Shown in pieces: positions 51,301 through 56,087 of a DNA stretch of 64,000 nt (positions are counted from its first letter, which is position 1; the number at the start of each line of letters is the position of its first letter). The stretch is from Candidatus Undivivens industriae (GTDB lineage: Bacteria; Omnitrophota; Gorgyraeia; Gygaellales; Profunditerraquicolaceae): assembly GCA_012514745.1 (NCBI GenBank), contig JAAYZR010000025.1:18930-82929 (forward strand), read 5' to 3'. The translations under genes and the position numbers were made by a program. The notes under the pieces were generated by a model. The model ran no database searches and was not told the origin of the DNA. It saw only the letters and a program-made list of their open reading frames with translations.

Positions 51301-52700
51301 CCCCTGGTCAGATAAATGGCGTCCTGCGAAGCCACATACACGGCATCGCCGCCGTAGCGCAGTTCAAAAGCCGCCGCCGACTCTTCCCTCCACTTCTTTT
51401 GCGCGGGATAATACCGGTAAGTGGAGCTGTAGCTGTGGTTGCTCAACAGGCGCAGTTCGCTGCCGCTGCCGTCCGGGTCGTAAATATACATCCTGCCATA
51501 GATGTAGAACGGCAGAGCCGGCATCTCCACGTTTTTGGCGAGCGTGGATGAATAAGCCGAACTCTCCCAGGTGTCGGAGCCTATGGAATATCTGCCGAAC
51601 CACCTGCCGGCGCCGTACCAAGAGTAAAGGTAGTCCCCGGAACCGGGATAGACCACATCGGAATCCCAAGTCTGGCCGGTGGGACAGTTGGAAAGCGTGG
51701 TCCAGGCGTTGGAGCCGGCGGTATAATCGAATTTGGCGAAAGTGACGGAACCGCCGCCCGCGGTAGCGTAGATATAGGGAGAATCGGCTTTGGGATAACA
51801 AAGAGAAGCGCCGACACCCACGGTAAAAGGCGCGGATTCCACCGCCGACCAGGAACCGGTGGCGTTGATGTCCAAAGGCATCACGAACCTGTAGAAGACC
51901 GAAGTGTTGTTGCCGCAAAAGGCGTATGCCCGGCCGATGGAAGACACGATAGCGATCGTCCCGCCGTAACCTACGGTGGAAGGGACGTTGGCCTTGACAT
52001 GCCAGGTATTGGTGGATATTTTATAAGCGTAAAACTCCTTGCGATTACCTCCTATCAAGGCATATATTACGTCGCTGCCGTCGTAAGCCAAAGCGGCTCC
52101 CTGGCCTGTGCTCACGGGTATGCTTTCCATCAATTCCCATTTCTCTTCGTCAATGGACCAACGGGCAAACGCCTTATTGTCGTTGCCGCACTGCCATAAG
52201 GAATAGATGTAATTCCCGGCCTTGACCAGCGGTGATGTCCTGCCCATATAAGGAGAGAAAGGAAGACTGGACCATTGGCCGAGAGAACTGCAGAAAGGGT
52301 CCTGGTAAACCGTGTTGATCTCTACCCTGGCGGAGGCGCCGCTGCCTCCGACCACCACGTTGTTTTTCGTCCCCAGGGAAAAGTCCGTATCCGTGTCGTC
52401 TGTCAGTGCGAGGGTCAGCGGAGACATCACCAACTTGCCCGTAACGCTGGTGGTAAGATTGGAGCTTTTGGAGGAATATTTGGTCCAGTTGCTCTTGTTG
52501 GTAGGGTGTTTGGCTGTATCGGTGGAGGCTCCGCCTCTCCAGTCGCCCTGGCTGAAGTTATAGTATTCTTCACAGAAGGCGCCGGAACAGAGACAAAGAG
52601 AACAGACCAGGAGCGCCGCCAGCGGCATTATCATTATCAATATTCCGGGGTATCCCCTTTTCTTCATCTCTATCTTTCCTTCAGCGCCATACTTACGCAT
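39381..52700 (-). CDS. Giant 4,439-aa secreted repeat protein: Kelch-like propellers, two DUF2341-like domains, 13 PNGGE Ig-like repeats, C-terminal coiled coil
   Basis: Uninterrupted ORF; signal peptide (start may be MKKRG at 52667); many YPGSGDYIY..GG...F.KY.....W repeats; two D(I/V)RFxD..G..L.Y motifs; 13 P(N)GGE..W..G...I.W repeats. Confidence 0.9.
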   Translation of the reverse strand: MRKYGAEGKIEMKKRGYPGILIMIMPLAALLVCSLCLCSGAFCEEYYNFSQGDWRGGASTDTAKHPTNKSNWTKYSSKSSNLTTSVTGKLVMSPLTLALTDDTDTDFSLGTKNNVVVGGSGASARVEINTVYQDPFCSSLGQWSSLPFSPYMGRTSPLVKAGNYIYSLWQCGNDNKAFARWSIDEEKWELMESIPVSTGQGAALAYDGSDVIYALIGGNRKEFYAYKISTNTWHVKANVPSTVGYGGTIAIVSSIGRAYAFCGNNTSVFYRFVMPLDINATGSWSAVESAPFTVGVGASLCYPKADSPYIYATAGGGSVTFAKFDYTAGSNAWTTLSNCPTGQTWDSDVVYPGSGDYLYSWYGAGRWFGRYSIGSDTWESSAYSSTLAKNVEMPALPFYIYGRMYIYDPDGSGSELRLLSNHSYSSTYRYYPAQKKWREESAAAFELRYGGDAVYVASQDAIYLTRGEGTRNFYRYFLTFNPVNSSNTAVSFQWEKLSDVTFAGNTLGIHRGGCLGYKQGDDYIYCLQGYEQDGFSRYSLTSQSWEQLPALPQNLAYGGNRLVVTDDYVYCLGGRNNTGGTVTYTANLYRYDKTGRAWATVSTNPYGTFQTGVCAAYDGSDYIYMFRASARTEFMSYRLSTGTWERRANLPDCWRSQCQGRLVYSSSENAIYYSEGGACNLEFRRAFFKYNISTNSWQTLFFPPVFQKGKLCASDTKLYNVGYYGYGGVQTYTFATGEWNNPLVNYNFGPGRNVSGSLVVKGDYMYLFSNRWSNYVWKYSISRKKWVNLIKLPFIVHGAGHRAVYPGSGDYIYVSEGNMNKNFWKYNTETGIWMQINSSPYMFTYGARMVSDESSIYVCPGYYNSTTFLKFTDDESGGSWVALTSMLEGISSEGNGTCLIPDGPYKGIYMLKQAGAVKFTKYSIDSDTWGYLSDAPWSIADYCYLMYPGAGDYLYCLKGGGRDFARYSLSQNSWTILTEAPLSVSGMPGGYYPGSGDIIYFYLGTGHGDLGTNFNRYSISQNRWDETIVYPASASYGASICPMPSGDDVFYLRGGNSTSCYKYNLSSSVWYTLQSTPSGVYYDSKSVYPGTGDDIYVTRGRGYSDFWKYTVSTDLWTNLAAPPATFSTGQAIEYKDGYIYVLRGGSTTTLWRYSIANNDWKEVASAPSACALGANLVYPGSGDYIYVTPGNGSTAFWKYDTVANTWSTLTVLPMLNVGASLFSPGFGDYIYLFVSYNYDIAYGTPYFYRYSISSNTWEKNEDMPFSMDGQANAMYPGSGDYIYVSSGYGNYSLMKYLLFSSGEYTSEIKEIGNNAGYGAVTWQDNSQGQIEVRVRTGNNSSLSDAIAWGYAGKITKGRDLSSYSSVNDKDKYLQYRLRFFCYDLASPPQMDSITINYNKYPAQETLVSTAYDTTFTTDRLKSLFWTSTLPSGTDIRFQMRTAPDSNGSPGAWSSWLGPEGVQEITYDFENAYEYANTSEVVLSAGTAKLSKVLADYLYRQKIVVDNTSGSSSYANTTVKVEIPSADIDFWDHVADDGSDIRFTDSDGKTPLKYRVMGFSKDKKSASCWVTVPSIPQGTAKEIYLLYGKWSATSESDASLAESMIGTDFYALTFTFLDIISTDAPNRVYIEKLNAEGQVVASTFLDFTSVGETQRYTDTALTCYHVYSQKPITLFASSIEPSSTSDDDYYTASGNDLWLWCPAYNYDGDVIITAYNDDTQIKITDYGKGDDTGTLTLDAGNFWFGWNRVDSRGEVWHIEATKPVTVQAGLIGHGDSSEQMRSPDMREYYFYCPDANVTFTAYEDNTNIVFDNLDGVTGDYSGTLNKGQSYRHIPNSGSAMTLRARLSADKPLCAVADDMNGGKGQIYQSADTLVSVGKDYYINTGGARYLKLIDYEEGANNITVTGDISPSPTTLTLSARGGMATLDPGSTWRNLHLTGTKKFAVYAYSSYGEAITPVLKPTEFNHLISTYLVAKEEPADGPALAGWLYKETIKIDNTLNTQELTDFQVAVDVDKNHRDFWLHCLADGGDVRFVDGDGSALLNYYAESFSYTGKEARFWVKIPVLPYTEQKIIYMYYGKADAASLSDGDGVFEFFDDFDAGLDKWDSQYCNLTTISSIFGMDSSPFNLSAGASTVSTTVAIPSGIVAGRTYDWYWELRWPNGALVEAQSIAQPFTLYHDLLRMTAGPFMEKNVAPGQVITTIGGTFTNNYSIAMNGLRFRFTLTDVDTGASFQEIDSTTFNVPVGTSTISNISITMPSGLTAGHLYSWSWAVLDQNNNQLFSSSAAPAALFNIACKFQLSSGPVLPSSVTGGTSASISGTFDNAAEVSLNSLFWRFTLTDTTQGGRSVAKVAHNGYLQAKSNVSPNYDITTEVTWQTANKTGRHFIGICDPNAKVSTGINNSNYKAGYDVLISSNGYYYAESGNGYTTWNSIRTPYTFAMWNKDKMSWKPHDTLNGQTGQVIFELSTGDKLTYNAGYVAGPGLAIKPTIRSSSDAIYVDKIMVYKKAVVKPYVGFVFTETANPTGMEVYYTTNPVIQPVLGVFYDNNLTAFQEVNTIPLDTDIKYQVSCDGYNWHWWDGTAWKEVSGGFSQTNEAPEINNNLAAFQTKFPSGEFFFRAFLNSADGVGTPLLDTVSVFTTSEPTYYITPSGSLVNFLNSDIVNDRWVQYKAVLNSYGQETPVLQNVGFSYLDAVLTITSPNGGESLPIGTTVLITWTSQGIDGADNQVKIEYSTDGGSTWMLIVDNLANNGAYEWQVANNPSPNALIRVTSKKYSAIRDTSDAAFGIMGLILNSPNGGNQWEIGSTHNITWSSYGTVSNNLKIECSLDGGTTWLYPPVADQRINNGLYTWNIPNRESYISSVCLMRITDMNNTNITDRSNTVFSIVPKPSMTITSPVGGEVWKAGSAKDITWDNRGNVNPLVNVYYSVDSGSNWTLLQSSVSNTGTYACTVPNVLSSRVRIRIAETAVPPGRDTQAQMETASEGDFTITLPTIKLSSPNGSEKWVRGDTREIAWSSDGAIGENALRIEYSVDEEENWAAVSEDEADDGSYSWVIPQGAVGGNVKIRITDTSRPEVFDESDAYFEVLDKPIIVLVQPNGGEKTTIGAPYEVKWFTIGDALDDQFLTVYFSPDSGEHYEVISDQRPNNGSYFWIPPEVEISTARIKIKCDDSENFPWVEDSSDADFTIQKPQLTLTWPNGGESLYAAGTYSITWESVGSIGLNAIKLEYSVNGGSTWQMISGGLANSGSYSWKTADSPTSELKIRVSDDSQPGVKGESKNNNSIIAPSLTLTSPNGGELWVVGIDYPVTWTSVGDHNSISNNLVLQYSVNNGSTWKSIAGGIPNDGTYIWHIPNDISDNCKVRIYDYSRTATQDTSDAVFKISAPSITITTPNGGEAWPYGTNHEILWNIIGQVSDDVTITYSVNGGTTWLPVYSGPTNNHSYAWNVPENISSTCKIKIKDNEPPYIEDTTDTVFSIAYPIITVTRPNGGEILVVTDNENITWSTEGTVSNSLKIEYSRDNFVLDINEIADNVANTGVYIWRVPEVLSTVLRVRITDNSVPQITDKSNAGFSILPFPVVTIDSPNGGERWRIGTKHNITWHDNGGPLSNNLVLQYSVDGGSNWKPISGGVPNSGSYEWTIPEDYSVNAVVRITDNQRATTVDHSDAAFIIDYPKITITAPVSATSWAVGDPAVITWVSEGAVSDNLLLQYSTDNFITLETIGVGEANDGSYNWSVPDEPTNNMKIRIVDGNRPATIATSEAFNVLQYPQIAVTSPNGGEEYVVGDSVNITWTSKGLSINPLTIVYSSDNFATTHTIKTGAPNTGSYNWVIPDDTICVNTLKIKIYDPTRTVISDASNNNFRIRGGFNITYPAANIDWAVNEPRSVTWQTRGQIPNVKLDYSVDAGNTWTTIVTSTPNTGVYTWAPPDYHGQKALLKVSDPTDDTVYSVSPSFNIIYYRITWMVKDYDNMDNLQNLSVRDTWWSDPSATIICPVTQEYPYGHYTTFWSKEGYIERSTDWIADGNKSITLLLENSISAQIEWHVLLSTAYNSATDTISASSWLERRGKIVGLNDIDRADLTSATLSVYDGETLIKTLTSGTPDGNGAFWFTWADTGLTSGKTYFVKSTVVFRGSTYNSGASIDVTTELTAKGQTAILQNLQTQTATIQSQVTQDIPQKITQAKEEIREDTARILTATETDIPEKIEEERRQQETDIRSEILNRENSVRSGTDLVVRYRTYPGVQPTVDFYDPNNVQRVSKGVMTEVSGGIYEYTITVSSGWGRGDFTVVCSESTYGSLDAMIISVIRSDIEQIAGQVSAVLGTTSGLNNFSKVADTLSSQFAVIESALGKISKDLVDQVKEVAGSATDINSVYMQLVNIGRELKKVSTEQNVSLEKLLEVNEEKKSDMTYLKNKTQELKAVMDINQKMIDNIANKPVTQTWFEFK

Positions 52701-53562
52701 GAAAATACTCCGAACTCCCCGCCGGTTTCTTCTCTTCCAGGCCGGGGATACCGCAGGCGTCGGCCCTGCACTGCCTGCACTTCCTGAACTGGTTTATGCA
52801 AAGCTCACACGCGCTCCTGGCCTCCTGCAGCTCCACGCAGGTGGGAGGCCGCTTATCCTTCATCTGCGAGACCGGGATAAGCGGGATAATATTCATTATG
52901 TGCGCGCCCAGCGCCGAATACTCCTTGGCTATCGCAAAAACCTGCTGCTTGTTGATCTCCGGGATAAGCACGGTATTGACCTTCACCGTGAAGCCGGCCT
53001 TGACGGCTTTTCCGACCCCGTCCTTCTGCCGCTCTATGAGAAGCGCGGCGCCTTCTTCTCCTGTATATGTCTTACCTTTAAAGTTGACGAACCCGTATAT
53101 CTGCGCGCCTATTGCGGCATCGAGGGTATTGACGGTGACCGTGACCGTCCCCACCTTAAGTTCCTTCAATACGGCGATCTTATCCGCAAGCAGCAGCCCG
53201 TTGGTGGAGAGGCACTTCATCAGATCCGGATGGTGTTTCTCCATCAGCCTGAAAGTCTCGAAGGTCTCCTCGTTGGCCAGGGACTCTCCCGGCCCGGCTA
53301 TGCCGGCAACGGTTATACAGTATTTCCTGCGCGCCTCGCTCACTTTTTCCAGCGCCTCGGCCGGTGAAATTATCTTCTCCGACACCCCGGGCCTGTCTTC
53401 AGTCAGATTAAGAGAGCGCAGACAGTATTTACAGCCGATATTGCAGTCGCGCGCCACCGGAAGATGCACCCTGCCGTAGCGGGAATGCGCCGCCTCCGAG
53501 AAACAGGGGTGCCTGTCGAGAGAAAAGGTCTTTTTACGCAGGAACCTGCCGAGAATATTCAT
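52693..53562 (-). CDS. NifB-like radical SAM protein (SAM domain only)
   Basis: HPCF, HLPVARDCNIGCKYC, EDRPG, GIAGPGE, CLSTNG, TVTVN, CRQCRADACG: the NifB motif set; no nif genes in window. Confidence 0.8.
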   Translation of the reverse strand: MNILGRFLRKKTFSLDRHPCFSEAAHSRYGRVHLPVARDCNIGCKYCLRSLNLTEDRPGVSEKIISPAEALEKVSEARRKYCITVAGIAGPGESLANEETFETFRLMEKHHPDLMKCLSTNGLLLADKIAVLKELKVGTVTVTVNTLDAAIGAQIYGFVNFKGKTYTGEEGAALLIERQKDGVGKAVKAGFTVKVNTVLIPEINKQQVFAIAKEYSALGAHIMNIIPLIPVSQMKDKRPPTCVELQEARSACELCINQFRKCRQCRADACGIPGLEEKKPAGSSEYFHA

Positions 53563-54137
53563 CTGACGGCCCCTCCGGATTTATATATGTAAAGCGCTCC
53601 CGTCAACACAAGTATGACCCCTCCCGCTCTTTTTATGACGTGCCTGTGCGGCGCCACCCTCCCCAGCAGACCGGCTGAAACAAATCCCAGAGAAAGATAG
53701 ACCGAAGAGCTTAAGGCGTAAGCCAGCGAAACAAGCATGCCCTGGAACAGCTTTGTGCCCAGTATCAAAGGCACAAGATAAATGTATTTTCTGCCGGGAT
53801 TCAGCATACCCCGCATAAGTCCCATCCCGAACCCCACCCTGCCCTGCAGAGAGCCGCCGTTTTTTTCCCGGTGATTCCCGACGGACAAAAGGGAATATAT
53901 CCCCATTGCGGCGACCGCTATGCCGAACAGCAGATTCACGGCCCTTTTATCTATAGTCAAAGAACGCCCCAGCAAAGCGACTATCAGGCCGAAAATGAGC
54001 AGACCGATCAGCCTGCCGAGAAGGAATTTCAGGCCCGCGTACCTGTCCGATAGAGTGAGCCCGAAAGCCAGGAATGGGCAGATGAACAGCCCTTCCGCGG
54101 ACAACCCTATCACCAGCGCCGTTAATATCCTCTCCAT
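53559..54137 (-). CDS. Polytopic membrane protein (DsbD_2/TauE-like)
   Basis: About 6 TM; LFICPF, FLLGRLIG, GGVILVLTGALYI; overlaps NifB-like start. Confidence 0.55.
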   Translation of the reverse strand: MERILTALVIGLSAEGLFICPFLAFGLTLSDRYAGLKFLLGRLIGLLIFGLIVALLGRSLTIDKRAVNLLFGIAVAAMGIYSLLSVGNHREKNGGSLQGRVGFGMGLMRGMLNPGRKYIYLVPLILGTKLFQGMLVSLAYALSSSVYLSLGFVSAGLLGRVAPHRHVIKRAGGVILVLTGALYIYKSGGAVR

Positions 54138-54155
54138 ACGCTCTGCCCGCCCTTT

Positions 54156-54695
54156 TCAATGGCACTTAAAACTCTCCACGATACCCCGGAATTCGCTTTT
54201 AGTGACCGTTCCCAGCAGATCCAGAAAAAGGAATTGCCTGCCGGTCTCCGGACAACTGAAGCGGCAAAGCAGTATCTCCTCTTCGGAAGACTTCCCGCAG
54301 GGGCGCGTAACGTTCACGCTCCCTTTCGAGAAAGATACCGCGTGCCCGTTTACCCGGGTCTCTTTATCATCCTCACGTTCTCCGGAAGAAAGCCTATACC
54401 TTTCCGCGGGGAAAAAAGACATTACCTCCTGTCTCTGTTTTCCCCAGGAAACGGCGAATAAACGCTCGAACATCCCCCGCTCTGTCGTGCTTACGAAGAT
54501 CACCGTCCCTTTCTCTTCGCCGCCTTCCACCGTTTCCGGAGGAAGGAACGCGGGGACTTCAAAACTTATGTTGCTGTCCTTCTTCCGATCTATCTGTCTC
54601 TTGTCGCCGGCTCCCGGAGCGTCCTGCGCGGCTAAAAGCAGAAAAACCAGGGACAAAAAGAACGTCCATGAGCTTCTGTATCCGGGGATTCTCAC
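54156..54695 (-). CDS. Hypothetical exported protein with 4 Cys
   Basis: Signal-like N-terminus; RPCG, LCRFSCPETGRQF, terminal FKCH; GTG start overlaps upstream stop. Confidence 0.6.
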   Translation of the reverse strand: MRIPGYRSSWTFFLSLVFLLLAAQDAPGAGDKRQIDRKKDSNISFEVPAFLPPETVEGGEEKGTVIFVSTTERGMFERLFAVSWGKQRQEVMSFFPAERYRLSSGEREDDKETRVNGHAVSFSKGSVNVTRPCGKSSEEEILLCRFSCPETGRQFLFLDLLGTVTKSEFRGIVESFKCH

Positions 54696-55678
54696 TTCTT
54701 CCCGCCTTTTGCCTTTTCTCTTTCTTCCGTGAGTTCTTTCACCTTCTGTTTCTCTATATCAAGGCGCTTCTGCATCGCCTGATAGGATACCAGGTCGGCG
54801 CGGTACAATTCCTGCAGGTCCTTCTTGATGAATTCCCTGTCCTTCATCAACCTTTCGCTGTACTCCATATCCTTACGGCGAGAGATGTTTTTAAGCCTGT
54901 TTTTCAGATTGACCTGCACGATCAGCAGCGAAACGGCGATAACACAGAAAACCGGGATAAGCATCTTCGCCCGGCGCAGGGAGACCTCGTTTTCGCCGTG
55001 CGCTCCGGCCGCGGCGGAAGTTTTCTCGCTCTCGACTTCCGCTCTCACTTTAGCCACGAAATCATCGCTGCCGAGGATGTTCTTCCTGACCAGCTCTTTA
55101 CCGAGCGCTTCCATCTCCGGAGCCGAAAGAAACCCCATATATTCCGGATACGTCAAAGGCGCGTCTGCGGCCTGCGACAAAAGCGCTTCCATTTCCCTGC
55201 GCTCCGCCTGCATATCGAAAAGACTGCCCTGCCCTTGCCCGGCGAATGCCCGATAACTGCTGAATTCATAGGCCCCGGGATCATCGGCAAACCCCAGTTT
55301 GCAAGGGTTCTTGTGCATATACGCGCTTACCCCGGGTAAATAACCGCTTTTTTCCAGAATGGTGATCTTCGCCCTTTCCTGGAGAAGATGCCCTTTCCTG
55401 CCGTAACGGGAATTGAAATATTTGGTGTAATTGGAGTTCAAGGCGTGCATTATCCGGGAAACCGTGCATCCCTCCCTGGGCTCGATAAGCAGATGCACGT
55501 GGTTCGGAAGCAGAACAAAAGAAAACACCCTGCAGCCGAACTGTTCTTTATATTTTCTTAATAATTCAATGTATGTCCGAAAGTCCCGGCTGTCTTTGAA
55601 AATGACTTCTTCATTATCTCCGCGGGAGGTAACGTAATAAACGGAGCCCTCGATGTAAATGCGTGGTATCTTCTCCAT
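54692..55678 (-). CDS. RAYT/Y1_Tnp-type HUH endonuclease fused to C-terminal TM helix and coiled coil
   Basis: YYVTSRG...IF.D..D, LLPNHVHLL (HUH), GHLLQER, YMHKNP (catalytic Tyr), YEFSSY; then MLIPVFCVIAVSLLIVQV TM; AGAGGAG RBS before MEKIPR. Confidence 0.85.
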   Translation of the reverse strand: MEKIPRIYIEGSVYYVTSRGDNEEVIFKDSRDFRTYIELLRKYKEQFGCRVFSFVLLPNHVHLLIEPREGCTVSRIMHALNSNYTKYFNSRYGRKGHLLQERAKITILEKSGYLPGVSAYMHKNPCKLGFADDPGAYEFSSYRAFAGQGQGSLFDMQAERREMEALLSQAADAPLTYPEYMGFLSAPEMEALGKELVRKNILGSDDFVAKVRAEVESEKTSAAAGAHGENEVSLRRAKMLIPVFCVIAVSLLIVQVNLKNRLKNISRRKDMEYSERLMKDREFIKKDLQELYRADLVSYQAMQKRLDIEKQKVKELTEEREKAKGGKK

Positions 55679-55716
55679 TTTCACTCCTCTATGCGTGGCA
55701 CGCCGCCGCAAAACAT

Positions 55717-55742
55717 AAAAAAAACCGGGCAGTCCTGCCCGG
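55717..55742 (-). terminator. Intrinsic terminator (riboswitch expression platform)
   Basis: CCGGGCA-GGAC-UGCCCGG followed by U8 on the minus strand, between aptamer and RAYT RBS. Confidence 0.85.
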
Positions 55743-55767
55743 GATCGTCAAATCAAGCATATCCCAA

Positions 55768-55858
55768 GTCTTCGGCAGTCTGCCGTTCCTTATAAACAGC
55801 CAAGGAAGCATGACTTTGCGCCCTCCGGTTACCCGGAGTTTGCCTTTTCGGATCGAGA
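55768..55858 (-). ncRNA. c-di-GMP-I (GEMM) riboswitch aptamer
   Basis: Minus strand CGAAAAGGCAAAC-UCCGG-GUAA-CCGGA-GGGCGCAAAG-UCAUGCUUCCUU...AAGGAACGGCAGAC-UGCCGAA matches the GGCAAAC..GNRA..GCAAAG..GCCG consensus. Confidence 0.82.
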
Positions 55859-55876
55859 TACAATCTACCTGTATAA

Positions 55877-55904
55877 AGTATACCACAAATAGCGCTTTTA
55901 TCAA
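55877..55904 (-). promoter_or_regulatory. Putative extended -10 promoter driving the riboswitch leader
   Basis: TTGATA-16 bp-TATACT with TG extension, ~20 bp upstream of the aptamer. Confidence 0.6.
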
Positions 55905-56043
55905 TCCAGCGGCGTTCGCCCGGATCTCTTTCGGGATATTCTCCCAATATCCCGGAAAAACGGACTTGAACGCCTCCCAATACGCCCAGATCTCCAGAAG
56001 TGGTGCCCGGCCGCGCTCCCATTTAAAAGAAACCCCCTATAAG

Positions 56044-56085
56044 TAGTGCGCTGTTGAAAATTTATGTTACACTACGGTAACTGCT
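56044..56085. repeat. Partial copy of the TA-flanked MITE-like element
   Basis: TAGTGCGCTGTTGAA identical to the left end at 62358. Confidence 0.45.
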
Positions 56086-56087
56086 AT

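Noticed and set aside
52693-53562. Evidence of nitrogen fixation
   Set aside because: No nifH/D/K/E/N in the window; a NifB-like gene alone is insufficient, so no gene symbol was assigned.
53559-54137. Membrane protein as the missing F-ATPase subunit a
   Set aside because: It lacks the RLFGN/RLxxN essential-Arg helix pattern; its LLGRLIG and C-terminal GGVIL motifs fit DsbD_2/TauE-like proteins better.
54692-55678. Active IS200/IS605 transposon
   Set aside because: The sequence is RAYT-type with no tnpB, no IS end hairpins flanking it, and it is integrated into an operon with a TM fusion.
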